Shown here in pieces: positions 38,085-49,077 of a stretch of DNA of 64,000 nt. The position numbers and the translations under genes are program-made. Positions within the stretch are counted from its first letter, which is position 1. Each line of letters starts with the position of its first letter. Source of the stretch: Methanomassiliicoccales archaeon. GTDB taxonomy: Archaea > Thermoplasmatota > Thermoplasmata > RBG-16-68-12 > SOIM01. The stretch spans positions 49,111 through 113,110 of the forward strand of contig JAUVHO010000001.1 of assembly GCA_030593295.1 (NCBI GenBank), in the 5' to 3' direction. Below the pieces are notes generated by a model. That model was not told where the DNA came from. It saw only the letters and a program-made list of their open reading frames with translations, and ran no database searches.

Positions 38085-38119
38085 ACTTTATATTCTGTCG
38101 GTGATGTATCACATTCAGG

Positions 38120-39283
38120 ATGGCCAAACGAGACTATTATGAGGTACTTGAAATCGAGAAAGGTGCCTCTGCGAAGGACATAAAGAAAGCTTACCGCAAG
38201 CTCGCCAAGAAGCATCATCCAGATCTGAACAAGAAGAACCCCAAGGATGCGACGGAGAAGTTCAAAGAGGTCTCCGAAGCGTACGAGGTTCTTGCGGACA
38301 ACGATAAGAAGGCGAGATACGACAGGTACGGTCATGCGGGCGTTGAGTCCACTTTTGGAACAGGAGGCTTCACCTGGTCGGACTTCACACATTACAGGGA
38401 CATAGAGGATATCTTCGGGAGGGACATCTTCAGGGATCTCTTCGGGATACGTTTCGGCGGGGACATATTCGGTGATCTCTTCGGGAGCAGAGCTCGAAGA
38501 GGGCCGTCAAGGAGAAGAGGGCGAGACATCAGGTTCGATCTTGACATCACACTGGAGGATGCGGCCTATGGGACAAAGAAGCGTGTCAAGATACCTCATC
38601 TGGCACAGTGCGAATCCTGCAACGGGACCGGAGCAGAGGGGGGGATGATCTCAACGTGCTCCATGTGCAACGGCAACGGTCAGGTGCAGGATGTGAGGAG
38701 AGAAGGCTTCAGCCAGTTCATCACTATTACCACATGCCCCAAGTGCAGGGGAAGAGGACAGCTCGCGGAGAAAGTGTGTCCGGAATGCAGGGGGAGCGGT
38801 TCGATACACAAGACCAGCACGCTGGAGATAGATGTTCCCAAGGGCGCCTTCGATGGCCTCAGGTTGAAGATACCCGGAAAAGGAGAGGCCGGAAATCTGG
38901 GAGGACCCCCCGGGAACTTGTACATATTCGTTCACGTCAAGCCCCATGAGATCTTCGACAGGAGAGGTGCGGACATCATACTTGAACTTCCGATAAGTTT
39001 CGCTCAGGCGGCGCTGGGCGACAAGGTCGAGGTCCCCACGCTGGACGGGAGGGCCAGACTGACCATACCTCCAGGAACGCAGACCAACACCATCTTCAAA
39101 ATCAGGAGAAAGGGGCTGCCGGACATCGACGGCTACGTGAGAGGTGATGAGCTCGTCAAGGTGGTCGTGGTCACGCCGGAGAAGCTATCGTCCGAACAGC
39201 GGAGGCTCATGAAGGAGTTCGCTGAAGTCAATGGAGACTACCACAAGAAAGGCAAGAAAAGCATTTTCCACAAGAGAAGGTAG
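38120..39283 (+). CDS. dnaJ: Type I Hsp40 co-chaperone DnaJ
   Basis: J domain 'DYYEVL..HPD', a G/F region, and four CxxCxGxG motifs ('CESCNGTG', 'CSMCNGNG', 'CPKCRGRG', 'CPECRGSG'). Confidence 0.95.
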   Translation: MAKRDYYEVLEIEKGASAKDIKKAYRKLAKKHHPDLNKKNPKDATEKFKEVSEAYEVLADNDKKARYDRYGHAGVESTFGTGGFTWSDFTHYRDIEDIFGRDIFRDLFGIRFGGDIFGDLFGSRARRGPSRRRGRDIRFDLDITLEDAAYGTKKRVKIPHLAQCESCNGTGAEGGMISTCSMCNGNGQVQDVRREGFSQFITITTCPKCRGRGQLAEKVCPECRGSGSIHKTSTLEIDVPKGAFDGLRLKIPGKGEAGNLGGPPGNLYIFVHVKPHEIFDRRGADIILELPISFAQAALGDKVEVPTLDGRARLTIPPGTQTNTIFKIRRKGLPDIDGYVRGDELVKVVVVTPEKLSSEQRRLMKEFAEVNGDYHKKGKKSIFHKRR

Positions 39284-39608
39284 GACTAAGGTATCGGCAA
39301 TTGACCGAAGTACGCCAGAAGCTTCACGAAGCCATAGACGCTGAAAATCGCAACGGCACCGATGGCAACCACAATCAGCGTTTTTACAACTTCACTCTTC
39401 CCATTTCTGGCCATGATACCTGCCTTCCAAGAATGAGAGAAACAAGAACTCTCGTTCAAATTCCCCTCATATAAAACATATGCCACCATTGTATATAGTG
39501 TTTTTCATCTGATTTCGTTGAATAATATTAATGTCATATGCAAATTTATGCAGGTTTTCCTACCAATTTCGCAAAAATGTTTATTTCAGTAACTCAATCC
39601 AAGAGTGA

Positions 39609-40355
39609 ATGGAGAAGACCATTGGACTGCTTACGAGAGATTTCAGATTGTTCCATGACTTGGTGAAAGCTCTCAAGAGGAGAGACATGGCTTTCGTCAG
39701 CCTCTCTTTCGATGATCCGATACCGCCTACCGTGGGTGCCGTGATAACCACGCATGACGAGATGAGCGACATCGATTTCGAGAACAAGGTCGCCTGCACG
39801 GATGTGGGAATGGCAATCGCGGAATCCTTGCGTATACTCAAAGGGAAGGAACGGTTCGATGAGCTGATAGTGGGAATAGACCCGGGAGCTAGGCCTGGAA
39901 TCGCGGTCGTTGGTGACGGGATCGTGCTTGAGACTAGAGGAGCCGCCTCCCCCGAGGACGTGGCACCGCTGATGAAGAAGATAGTGGCATCATATCCAGC
40001 GGACCATATTGGGCTGAAGATAGGGCACGGGGACCCAACCAACAGGAACAGGATCATCAACTCCTTGTCGACCCGGAATTACGAGATCGAGATCGTGGAT
40101 GAGAAGGGCACGACCCACAGGTCGGACTCTCCAGACCAGGAAGCGGCCATCGGCATAGCCTCCATGAGAGGGCACCCGGCCAAGAGGAAATACGCCATCA
40201 CACCCTCCCCAGGAGAGATAAAGGACCTTCAGAACAGGAGCAGGATCCAGAGCAAAGGGAAGATCACCATATCCAAGTCACTGGCCGGCCAAGTGGCGGA
40301 GGGGAACATCACCCTCGAAGAGGCCGTAAAGAGACAAGAGAACAACCAATCCTGA
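39609..40355 (+). CDS. Conserved-looking hypothetical protein with RuvC/YqgF-like 'VGIDPG' core
   Basis: 'ELIVGIDPGARPGIAVVGDG' resembles the first strand and Asp of RNase H-fold resolvases. The rest is unassigned. Confidence 0.45.
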   Translation: MEKTIGLLTRDFRLFHDLVKALKRRDMAFVSLSFDDPIPPTVGAVITTHDEMSDIDFENKVACTDVGMAIAESLRILKGKERFDELIVGIDPGARPGIAVVGDGIVLETRGAASPEDVAPLMKKIVASYPADHIGLKIGHGDPTNRNRIINSLSTRNYEIEIVDEKGTTHRSDSPDQEAAIGIASMRGHPAKRKYAITPSPGEIKDLQNRSRIQSKGKITISKSLAGQVAEGNITLEEAVKRQENNQS

Positions 40356-40397
40356 CGACGTATCCAGTGGCGGACGAGCGATATTCATTGCGTAATG

Positions 40398-40407
40398 TAT
40401 TTAAATA
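40398..40407 (+). promoter_or_regulatory. TATA box for cdc48 (leaderless)
   Basis: 'tatttaaata' is centred about 27 nt upstream of ATG 40431. Confidence 0.5.
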
Positions 40408-40430
40408 GCCTTCCTTAATAGGTGGGCGCT

Positions 40431-42659
40431 ATGCCTGAATCAGTGGAACTTAGAGTTGCTGAAGCTCCTCAATCGGATGTTGGATTGGGAAGGGCCAGGG
40501 TGGACACCCAGACCCGCATGTCCTTGAACATTGACATAGGGGAGACCATCGAGATAAGCGGCAAGAACGTGACCGCGGCCAAGCTTTTCAGGGTCATGCA
40601 GGAGGACGAAGGTAAGAACCTGGTCAGGATCGATGGTCTGGTCAGACGGAACGTGGGCGTCTCGATAGGCGACAAGGTTAGGATAAAGAAGGCCGAGGTC
40701 TCTGAGGCTGAGAGGATAACGATAGCACCCATAATCTCTGAAGGTCACAAAATAAGCTTCGGCCAGGGCATAGAGAACTTCGTGCGGAGGGGGCTTCTCA
40801 AGAGGCCCATGAGCAAGGGAGACGTTGTGATCATTCCAGGTATTGCCATCATGGGCGGCGCATTGCCGTTTCTTGTAACCAAGATCGTTCCCAAGGGAAT
40901 CGTCCAGATAGTTGACGACACCCTCATCGAGATGAAGGAAGAACCTGTCCGTGAAGCGGACATGATCACCTCCACAATCTCATACGAGGACATAGGTGGA
41001 CTGGATGATGAGCTTCAAAGAGTAAGAGAGATGATAGAGCTTCCCTTGAAGCACCCAGAGCTTTTCGAAAGACTTGGGATCGACCCGCCAAAAGGTGTTC
41101 TGCTCTTCGGTCCGCCAGGAACTGGTAAGACCCTGATAGCCAAAGCGGTGGCAAGCGAGGCGGGAGCCAGCTTCTTTTCGATTCAGGGCCCAGAAATCAT
41201 GTCCAAGTACTACGGCGCGTCCGAGGAGAGGCTGAGAGAGAAGTTCGAAGAGGCCGAGAAGAGCGCCCCGTCAGTGATATTCATCGATGAGCTGGATTCG
41301 ATCGCGCCCAGAAGGGAAGACGTCAGCGGAGAGGTGGAGAGAAGGGTGGTCGCACAGCTGCTGACGCTAATGGACGGACTGAGCGCGAGAGGCGACCTGA
41401 TAGTCATAGGCGCCACCAACAGGGAAGAGGCCATTGACCCGGCGCTGCGAAGAGGCGGCAGGTTCGACAGGGAGATAGAGATCGGGGTCCCGGACCGAAA
41501 GGGAAGGCAGAAGATACTTCAAATCCACACCAGGGGCATGCCGTTCGAGGGGGAAGAGAAGGACAGGGACGAGCTTTTGATGGAGCTGGCTAATATCACG
41601 TACGGCTTCGTTGGAGCCGACCTGGCAGCACTCGCAAGGGAAGCGGCCATGAAGGCATTGAGACGCTATCTACCAGAGATCGATCTGGACCAACCGATCC
41701 CGGCGGAGATATTGGAGAAGATAAGAGTCACAAAGGACGACTTCAAGGACGCCTTGAAAGAGGTTGAACCCAGCGCCATGAGGGAAGTGCTTGTTGAGAT
41801 CCCGCGGGTGAAATGGGAGGACGTCGGAGGTTTGGCTGAGATCAAGGAGAAGCTCAAGGAGATGATCGAGATGCCCCTCACAGACCCTGAGTCGTTCGAG
41901 GAAATGGGCATAACTCCACCCAGGGGTGTACTTCTGTACGGCCCACCGGGTTGCGGCAAGACCTTGATAGCAAAAGCACTGGCAAACGAATCAAAGGCGA
42001 ACTTCATCACGGTCAAAGGTCCAGAGGTCATATCCAAATGGGTCGGAGAAAGCGAGAAGGCTATCAGGATCATCTTCAAGAAGGCCAAGCAGGTCTCTCC
42101 CGCAATAATATTCCTGGATGAGATAGATGCAATCGCCCGCATGAGAGGGGGTATCTCGGGGGACTCGGGCGTCACGGAGAGAGTGGTGAACCAGTTGCTG
42201 ACATCTATGGACGGACTGGAGAGCTTAGAGGGCGTTGTTGTGCTGGGCGCCACCAACCGCCCGGACATGCTCGACCCTGCACTGCTGAGAGCGGGAAGGT
42301 TCGACAGACTCCTGTTAATCCCTGTACCCGACAGGGACGCAAGACTTGAGATACTGAGAGTCCACACCAAGAAGATGCCGCTGAACAAGGAAGTCCATCT
42401 GGAAGAACTGGCCGATGAACTTGAAGGTTATTCCGGGGCCGACATTCAGTCGCTCTGTAGGGAAGCAGGAGTACTGGCCATGAAGGAGAAGAAAAAGAAG
42501 AAAGAGGTCACCCTGGAGCACTTCCACGAGGCGCAGAAGAGCGTCCGTCCATCGATCAATCCGGAGACGAACAAATTCTATGAGACGATCGGGCAGATGA
42601 TAAATCAAGCGGGAAGGAAGCCCGACAGTGATCGGGACAGATCTTTCTATGTTGCTTAG
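40431..42659 (+). CDS. cdc48: Cdc48/VCP-type AAA+ ATPase
   Basis: N-domain plus two AAA modules ('GPPGTGKT'..'DELD' and 'GPPGCGKT'..'DEID'). The ORF track start is GTG 40422; promoter spacing favours ATG 40431. Confidence 0.95.
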   Translation: MPESVELRVAEAPQSDVGLGRARVDTQTRMSLNIDIGETIEISGKNVTAAKLFRVMQEDEGKNLVRIDGLVRRNVGVSIGDKVRIKKAEVSEAERITIAPIISEGHKISFGQGIENFVRRGLLKRPMSKGDVVIIPGIAIMGGALPFLVTKIVPKGIVQIVDDTLIEMKEEPVREADMITSTISYEDIGGLDDELQRVREMIELPLKHPELFERLGIDPPKGVLLFGPPGTGKTLIAKAVASEAGASFFSIQGPEIMSKYYGASEERLREKFEEAEKSAPSVIFIDELDSIAPRREDVSGEVERRVVAQLLTLMDGLSARGDLIVIGATNREEAIDPALRRGGRFDREIEIGVPDRKGRQKILQIHTRGMPFEGEEKDRDELLMELANITYGFVGADLAALAREAAMKALRRYLPEIDLDQPIPAEILEKIRVTKDDFKDALKEVEPSAMREVLVEIPRVKWEDVGGLAEIKEKLKEMIEMPLTDPESFEEMGITPPRGVLLYGPPGCGKTLIAKALANESKANFITVKGPEVISKWVGESEKAIRIIFKKAKQVSPAIIFLDEIDAIARMRGGISGDSGVTERVVNQLLTSMDGLESLEGVVVLGATNRPDMLDPALLRAGRFDRLLLIPVPDRDARLEILRVHTKKMPLNKEVHLEELADELEGYSGADIQSLCREAGVLAMKEKKKKKEVTLEHFHEAQKSVRPSINPETNKFYETIGQMINQAGRKPDSDRDRSFYVA

Positions 42660-42765
42660 ATGCTTCCCGAAACATATGGCACCAGATAGTCTTTTATAGT
42701 CTGGACACGTTTGACCCATAGCCACCGAAGTTGCTCTGGGGCAACGTAAAATGAGGTGAGATGGG

Positions 42766-43005
42766 ATGAAGAAATTTGCTACTGAGCTGAGGGGAAAGAC
42801 CGTTATGACGAATGATGGTCAAATCCTCGGGATGATTGAGAACTTCATTGTGGATACCAAGAACGGAAAACTTGTTGACGTACTGGTCATTCCGGCAGAG
42901 GAGATAGAGCCCCGATTGTTCAAGACGGACACACAGGGAAGAATCATACTGCCCTTCGCTGGCATGAAGGCGATAAAAGACGTTGTCGTCATGGACATGG
43001 AATAG
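42766..43005 (+). CDS. PRC-barrel domain protein
   Basis: 'GKTVMTNDGQILGMIENFIVDTKNGKLVDVLV' is typical of stand-alone archaeal PRC barrels. Confidence 0.7.
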   Translation: MKKFATELRGKTVMTNDGQILGMIENFIVDTKNGKLVDVLVIPAEEIEPRLFKTDTQGRIILPFAGMKAIKDVVVMDME

Positions 43006-43092
43006 GCCCTCCCAGCCATTCGGATCTCTTTCCGTATTCTGAAGACCTGCAAATGTGATTAGCGTTGGGTTTCGTTGTAGACTTCTCAGAAA

Positions 43093-43102
43093 GATAAAAA
43101 TA
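43093..43102 (+). promoter_or_regulatory. TATA box for the nfeD-stomatin operon (leaderless)
   Basis: 'gataaaaata' is centred about 27 nt upstream of ATG 43126. Confidence 0.45.
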
Positions 43103-43125
43103 GGGAGTCATGGATACTTCAACCA

Positions 43126-43587
43126 ATGGAGTGGGAGTGGCAGATAGGGCTGATATTCGTTATCGTCGGTGTAATCCTGTTCATAGTTGAGGTTGCATCA
43201 CCGGGCTTCTTTGTGGCCATTCCTGCAACGGTTCTGATATTCCTGGGTGCCCTCGGCATGATCTTGGACGGTTTCTTCCTGAGCATGTGGAGCCCGATCG
43301 TTGCCATTGGGGTCACGGTCCCGGCTTTCCTCGGCACCATGTACGCGTACAAGAAGCTTGCTCCGCCTCAGCCACCGACCACAACGGTAGGTCGCTCCCT
43401 GGTCGGTAAGAGGGGGATCGTGGACACGGACATAGTACCCAACACGATCAAGGGCAAGGTCAGGATTGAGAATCAGACCTGGAGCGCAACGTCCGATCAC
43501 TACATACCAAAGGACACTCTGGTCGAGGTGGTCCAGAGCAGGGGCGTTCACGTGATTGTTAAAGAGGTCCAGGAACAAGGACCCTAG
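43126..43587 (+). CDS. NfeD-family membrane protein (short form, C-terminal OB-like domain)
   Basis: Three N-terminal TM helices, then 'GKRGIVDTDIVPNTIKGKVRIENQTWSATS'. It lies directly upstream of the SPFH gene. Confidence 0.8.
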   Translation: MEWEWQIGLIFVIVGVILFIVEVASPGFFVAIPATVLIFLGALGMILDGFFLSMWSPIVAIGVTVPAFLGTMYAYKKLAPPQPPTTTVGRSLVGKRGIVDTDIVPNTIKGKVRIENQTWSATSDHYIPKDTLVEVVQSRGVHVIVKEVQEQGP

Positions 43588-43611
43588 ACATCCCTGGGGA
43601 GGGGAGAAACG

Positions 43612-44829
43612 ATGTTTGACCCGCAAGAAGAGAGAAGTTGGAAGCAACCTGAGAAGAAGTGGTGGATTGTGTTCAGTCTATTCCCGCTGTGGATTCCTGA
43701 AGTGACGGCGCAGCTTGAAGGTCTGATACTCGCGATTGTGATCTTGGTCATCTTTGCGCTGATGGCCATCCTGGGGGCGATGATTAGGATCATCCAGCCC
43801 TATCAGCAGGGACTTTACATCCGGCTGGGGAATTTCATGAGGGTCCTCAACCCGGGGGTAAACTTCGTTGCACCTTTGGTTTCACAAGTAGTAAAGATCG
43901 ACCTTCGAACACAGGTCCTGGATGTCCCGAGACAGGAGGTCATCACCAAGGACAACTCACCGACCAATGTTGACGCCATCATCTACATAAAAGTCATCGA
44001 TCCAATCAAATCGTTCTTCGAGGTGACGGATTATACCATAGCGACAATCGCACTGGCACAGACAACACTACGATCCATCCTGGGAGACATGGAACTCGAT
44101 GAGATACTCTACAACAGAGACACGATCAACGTACGACTGAGGGACGTGTTGGACCATGCAACCGACGCTTGGGGCGTCAAGGTCGAGGCTGTCGAGATAA
44201 GGGAAGTGGACCCGGTCGGACCGGTCAAGGCGGCAATGGAAGAACAGACGGCGGCAGAGAGGCAGAGAAGAGCCGCCATCCTAAGAGCGGACGGAGAGAA
44301 GAGATCTGCGATCCTTGTCGCGGAAGGTAGCAAGAGATCTCGGATCCTGGAGGCAGAGGGTCTGAGGCAGGCCAAGGTACTGGAGGCTGAGGGTCAGAGG
44401 TTAGCAATCATCCTGGAAGGTCAGGGTAACGCCCAGAAGCTCAGGATATTGGCGCTCGGTGCGGCCCCGCTGGACTCCAAGGCGCTCACGGTATTGTCAC
44501 TGGACACGGTCAAGGAGATGGCGAACGGCCAGGCAACCAAGATAGTGTTCCCGTTCGAGATCTCAAGGCTCATGGAGACCGCAAGCGAGTACATGGGAGC
44601 CAGCAGGAAGATCCCCGAGAGGGAAATCGCACAGTACGGAGACCTCGAGAGACTCTTGGGCCAAGCGGACGATGTTCTCGGACCCATACCCAAGCATGAA
44701 GAACTTCGGGCAGAATTGAAGACAATCGAGAATCAGTTAATTGAGGAGACAAAGGAGGCAGAGGAGATCGCTCACATCTCTGAGAAGGGGAAATACGCCA
44801 AGAAGATACCGAGAGAAAAAGAAGAGTGA
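43612..44829 (+). CDS. SPFH/band-7 (stomatin/prohibitin-like) protein
   Basis: TM anchor, then 'IIQPYQQGLYIRLG', 'VITKDNSPTNVDAIIYIKV' and an Ala/Glu-rich coiled coil 'AAERQRRAAILRAEGE'. Confidence 0.9.
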   Translation: MFDPQEERSWKQPEKKWWIVFSLFPLWIPEVTAQLEGLILAIVILVIFALMAILGAMIRIIQPYQQGLYIRLGNFMRVLNPGVNFVAPLVSQVVKIDLRTQVLDVPRQEVITKDNSPTNVDAIIYIKVIDPIKSFFEVTDYTIATIALAQTTLRSILGDMELDEILYNRDTINVRLRDVLDHATDAWGVKVEAVEIREVDPVGPVKAAMEEQTAAERQRRAAILRADGEKRSAILVAEGSKRSRILEAEGLRQAKVLEAEGQRLAIILEGQGNAQKLRILALGAAPLDSKALTVLSLDTVKEMANGQATKIVFPFEISRLMETASEYMGASRKIPEREIAQYGDLERLLGQADDVLGPIPKHEELRAELKTIENQLIEETKEAEEIAHISEKGKYAKKIPREKEE

Positions 44830-44930
44830 CACCCTAGCACGCAGAGGTCAACCTCACACCGGATTCTGATTTGAAGGGTCTTAAATAGTAAACTCGCAAA
44901 TGGTTCTCCGGAACGAAGGGGGTTGCGGGA

Positions 44931-46205
44931 TTGAGTAGCTCAGAGAACATAGGAATATTGCTCTTGGACCTAGGGGAACCGCCAGAATACGATGAGTACA
45001 CTTACTATTCTTTTCGGGATTACGCGAAGACACTTGTTGATATCGGGCTCATAGGTAGGGAATTCCTGGAGGAGGACAGAGGAACCGTACTGATGGATAG
45101 GGAGAGCCTGAACCTGGATAACGGCACGAACGGCTCGGAGTACTTGGACGCGTGGCTGAAACCAGTCAACGGACAGGGTTCAAAACCGCGGAAGAAGCCG
45201 GCCGTTTCAGGCATCATCAGAGGGTCAACAGAAGGTCAGAGATACTTGAGGAACAAAGGACGGGGACGGGGGGAGCCTGATTTCTATGAGATGTACGGCT
45301 TCGATGTGTGCCAGAAATGGCAGATGATGGGGGGTAGATCACCATTCTTCGATCAGTCGATGTCCATCAAGGACGAGGTCCGGGATGGTCTGGAAACCAG
45401 GTACGGAAAGAAGATCTCGATTCGAATGGCATACGGCATGGACCCGGTTCCGAGCAAACAGAAGCAGACTGTTGACGCCGTCATCAAGGACTTCGTAGAG
45501 AAGGACAAGATAACCCATCTGTTGGTTGCTGAGCACCTCAACGTATTCACCGATGTGACCAGTGACCTGTACCTTAGGAAGAAGATCGAGGACAGCCTGA
45601 GAGAAGTCAAGTCCAAGATCCCGGTAAGCTATACCAACCAGCTGGGAGAGAACGACTCTTTCGCGATGGGCGTCGCTGCCAAGATACAGGACGAGATGAA
45701 GATACTTCCAGAGAGAACCAATGTGATGATTGCACTGTCCCACCACGGCCTCCCGCCCATGAAGGTCGGAGAGTACGACGGAGAGAAGGACTCGTATCAG
45801 GAGAACTCCAAGAGAGTGTTCGACATCACCCGAAAGAAGATAATGACCACCGTTCAGAGAAAGGGACGGTTTGACGTTGTACAAGTTTTCACAAGGGAGA
45901 TGGAGCACCCTTACACAGGAAATCACAATGTTCTTGTGCCCAGAAGGGCGCTTGACATGGCAGTGTCCAGGAGGTTCGACCACTACATCGAGATCCCATA
46001 CGAATTCCCTGCGGACGGGGTCCATGTGCTGATCAAACTGAGGCAATCGTACGGCATCGATCCTCCCAGATGGAACAGCGTTTTCGAGACCAACTTCCCG
46101 TACAAGAGCCTCAAGGCGAAGATCACCAGCGCATACTTCTACCCAGAATACAAGATTAGGGCCTATTATTCCGAAATAACGAGAGTGCTGGATCGTCTGC
46201 TTTAG
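44931..46205 (+). CDS. Divergent ferrochelatase-like (class II chelatase fold) protein
   Basis: The query segments 'IGILLLDLGEPPEY', 'GGRSPFFDQS', 'IALSHHGLP' and 'IPYEFPADGVHVL' align to the Bacillus HemH segments 'GLLVMAYGTP', 'GGISPLAQ', 'VSAHSLP' and 'VPVGFVADHLEVL'. TTG start. The protein carries large insertions. Confidence 0.55.
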   Translation: MSSSENIGILLLDLGEPPEYDEYTYYSFRDYAKTLVDIGLIGREFLEEDRGTVLMDRESLNLDNGTNGSEYLDAWLKPVNGQGSKPRKKPAVSGIIRGSTEGQRYLRNKGRGRGEPDFYEMYGFDVCQKWQMMGGRSPFFDQSMSIKDEVRDGLETRYGKKISIRMAYGMDPVPSKQKQTVDAVIKDFVEKDKITHLLVAEHLNVFTDVTSDLYLRKKIEDSLREVKSKIPVSYTNQLGENDSFAMGVAAKIQDEMKILPERTNVMIALSHHGLPPMKVGEYDGEKDSYQENSKRVFDITRKKIMTTVQRKGRFDVVQVFTREMEHPYTGNHNVLVPRRALDMAVSRRFDHYIEIPYEFPADGVHVLIKLRQSYGIDPPRWNSVFETNFPYKSLKAKITSAYFYPEYKIRAYYSEITRVLDRLL

Positions 46206-46211
46206 AAAGGA

Positions 46212-48104
46212 TCAGTTCTGGATTTGAATCGTGCCATCAGCGATAGCGTGGACCCACAATGCTTCGCCGGCTGTCAGCAAGTGGGCATCATTGACCTTTT
46301 GAAGATTGAATGGACCGCTCGGTGAATATGCTTCCACACGATCGTAGGAGATCCCGCTCAAGAGGTTCCCTACCGTACGCTGGGTCATGGACGGGAAGCC
46401 GATCAGGTTCCAGCCGGCCTTGATCTGTATGGAGATCTGGGGTTGAACAACGCCTGTGACCGTCCAAATGCCGGACTGGGGGCCAAAGACCCAGATCCCC
46501 ATGCTCTCATCGACGTAGGTCAGGTCATTGAACGGTTTTGATGGAGTGTATGATTTCCAAGGGTTCAGTTGGTCCCCGGTGTCGTATGCCCACAGGGCAC
46601 CATTCTGTTGAAGCTGGAGCATTGACGCCGGATCGGTGTAGCTTGTCTGGAATGGAATGGAAACCAAGTTCGCATTGGAGGCGGTCATGATGCGGCATTT
46701 ACCGCCAGCTACGCGCGAGGTGTTCCTCCACCCCTGATAGTCCCTCGTTGTGATTTGATAGAAGAGGTTGTCGGGATCCATCCCGCCGCCCACATGAACG
46801 AAGCTGGTCGTACCGGCGAAGACCACGCCAATGGGTGTGGTGTTGAAGGATCCGTATCCGCAGAAGAGGCTGTTCCTGCCGAGGTAGATCTCATAGACGA
46901 ACACATCCGCTTCTCCGCCACCATCGTCGGGTGACAAGGACCATTCCAGAACGATATCTTGCTTGCTCACTGACAATTCAACTTTCTGAAGATCCGCAAC
47001 CTCCGGCGGATTCCCGCTTGGCATCTTGTTGAACTCGTCCAGGATCATGTACGCCCTGTAGCTGGTCACCCATGATTCGTCCGTGTTGTCCGGGTCCCCG
47101 TAGTTGGTGGGCAGGCCGCCGTCATCGTCCCCGTCCGCTGCCATCTGCCTGTCCGTTAGGTTGAGGAAGTTGAGATAATAGATGTCCTCGCCGGTGATGT
47201 CCCAGATTCCGAGATGGCCTCCGGCGTACCATGCTTCCCAGCCTACCTGACTCCTTCCGGGACCAGAACCTGGATTCACCACTTGTGTCTCTAAGAACGG
47301 TCCATATGTCTGCATCCAGGTCACGTTGGGGAACTCCTGCATGCTTGACTTCCATATGCCCCACATCGAGGTCCCGCCCGCAAGCGCCCAGCTTTCGGTT
47401 GACAGCAAAGAGGGATCGTTCTCCATCTCTGTCATTGTAGCATTGCCGTATCCAACTGCTTCCCATCTTGCTGTAGCATTGCCGGTATCCAGAGCATACA
47501 TGTACATGTTGCCCGCAGCCCAACCACGGATATGGACCCGGGTCTCGAAAGGAAAGAGGAAGATATCGGGTTCCATGCCACTGACACTGGATATGAACTG
47601 CATTGATGCATTCGCGTACCAGCTGTACGTCCAATTATTGTATGCGTTGCGGAATCTCTGTTCGGCTGCGAGGGCCCAAGAGGAGCTGTAGACCTTTCCC
47701 GAATCGGGCTCCAGCCAAGCAGGGTGAGCAATCGAGTAGTTCCAAGCGTTCAGAACACTAGGAAAGTAAGTGTTGTCACCAGTCAGTTCATAGTACCTAC
47801 ACCAGACCCAGATGGACTCAAGGGTGTTATCGGTGTTCTCGAATGCGATGTCCTCTGCCTCATTCATCCCTCCGTCCACACCTTGCAGTGTTGCGAAGAA
47901 CTGCGCCGTTTTCGTGAAGTTATCGAGGTGCCAGTCCACTTGGGCAGGCAAGGGTCCAATATCCGAGTTCGACCGATCGACTTCAATTGTATCACTCAAA
48001 GAGGGCGATGTCGCAAATCCAGATAGACCCAGTACAAGACTGAGAGTTATGAGAATCAAGCCCACTTGTCGCCCAGAGCCACCAAGAAGCATCTCCTTAC
48101 CCAA
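46212..48104 (-). CDS. Secreted protein: unknown N-terminal module, FN3-like domain, shared C-terminal 'GWNL(I/V)GFPS' module
   Basis: Signal peptide 'VGLILITLSLVLGLSGFA'. The C-terminal 150 aa or so is homologous to the C-termini of 51281-53491 and 53604-55571. Confidence 0.7.
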   Translation of the reverse strand: MGKEMLLGGSGRQVGLILITLSLVLGLSGFATSPSLSDTIEVDRSNSDIGPLPAQVDWHLDNFTKTAQFFATLQGVDGGMNEAEDIAFENTDNTLESIWVWCRYYELTGDNTYFPSVLNAWNYSIAHPAWLEPDSGKVYSSSWALAAEQRFRNAYNNWTYSWYANASMQFISSVSGMEPDIFLFPFETRVHIRGWAAGNMYMYALDTGNATARWEAVGYGNATMTEMENDPSLLSTESWALAGGTSMWGIWKSSMQEFPNVTWMQTYGPFLETQVVNPGSGPGRSQVGWEAWYAGGHLGIWDITGEDIYYLNFLNLTDRQMAADGDDDGGLPTNYGDPDNTDESWVTSYRAYMILDEFNKMPSGNPPEVADLQKVELSVSKQDIVLEWSLSPDDGGGEADVFVYEIYLGRNSLFCGYGSFNTTPIGVVFAGTTSFVHVGGGMDPDNLFYQITTRDYQGWRNTSRVAGGKCRIMTASNANLVSIPFQTSYTDPASMLQLQQNGALWAYDTGDQLNPWKSYTPSKPFNDLTYVDESMGIWVFGPQSGIWTVTGVVQPQISIQIKAGWNLIGFPSMTQRTVGNLLSGISYDRVEAYSPSGPFNLQKVNDAHLLTAGEALWVHAIADGTIQIQN

Positions 48105-48126
48105 GAACCAGAACCCGTTTCTCGGA

Positions 48127-49002
48127 TTAAAGGCTAACCGTTTCCATTGCCAACTTCCTCAGCCTCTTTACCCTCTCCTCCATCGGGGGATGAGTAGAGA
48201 ACATCCTGGCAAGCATGTTACCGCGGAATGGATTCACTATGAAAAGCGATGATGAAGCCGGATTCCCCCTCGTTATGGGTTTCCTCTTGTTGGCATGCTC
48301 GAGCTTGAGCAAAGCGTCCGCAAGGTCGTTGGGCCTGTGAATGGTCATTGCACCCGTCCGATCCGCCTTGTACTCCCTGCTTCTGGATATCGCCAGGCGT
48401 ATAAGCATAGCCGCAAGGGGTGCCGTGATGGCCACTACGATGATGAGGAGGAGGGTCCCGGCATCGGCCCTTCTCCTTCCAAGTATCATGTTCCACCAGA
48501 AGATCCTAGCCAGGAAGGCGATGGCTCCGGCAACGGTGGCGGCCACGGTCATCACAAGGATGTCCCTGTTCTTCACATGGGCGAGCTCGTGCGCAACCAC
48601 CCCGTCCAGTTCCCGGTCATTGAGCATCTTGAGCAGTCCGTTCGTTACTGCCACGATGGCCTTGCTCGGATTCCTTCCAGTGGCGAAGGCATTTGGGGTG
48701 TCAGAAGGTATGATGGCGATCCTGGGTTCAGGAAGACCGTAGAACGAATTCACCCTCTGGACGCTCTTGTAGAGCCTCGGAGCTTCCCTGGGTGTGGCTA
48801 TCTTGGCCTTGTACGACCACATGATTATCCTGTCGCTATAGAAGTAAGAGATGACATTGATGGCTATCGCCATACCAAGAAAGAGCGCAATTGCGAACCA
48901 CCAAAAGTCTCCGAAGAAGAATCCACCCAGGACCCAGCCTATGAGAACGAATATCGATATCAACACCATGAACAGACCGAATACTCTCATGTTTGGATGC
49001 AT
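48127..49002 (-). CDS. htpX: M48 zinc metalloprotease HtpX
   Basis: Four TM helices, 'HELAHVKNRD' (HExxH) and a downstream 'EYKADR'. Confidence 0.92.
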   Translation of the reverse strand: MHPNMRVFGLFMVLISIFVLIGWVLGGFFFGDFWWFAIALFLGMAIAINVISYFYSDRIIMWSYKAKIATPREAPRLYKSVQRVNSFYGLPEPRIAIIPSDTPNAFATGRNPSKAIVAVTNGLLKMLNDRELDGVVAHELAHVKNRDILVMTVAATVAGAIAFLARIFWWNMILGRRRADAGTLLLIIVVAITAPLAAMLIRLAISRSREYKADRTGAMTIHRPNDLADALLKLEHANKRKPITRGNPASSSLFIVNPFRGNMLARMFSTHPPMEERVKRLRKLAMETVSL

Positions 49003-49077
49003 TGCACCCTCATATCACCGAATGTTGCATATTAAGATTTCGAAGTCCGCGAAGAAGATCGCACTCTGGCTCCATGA

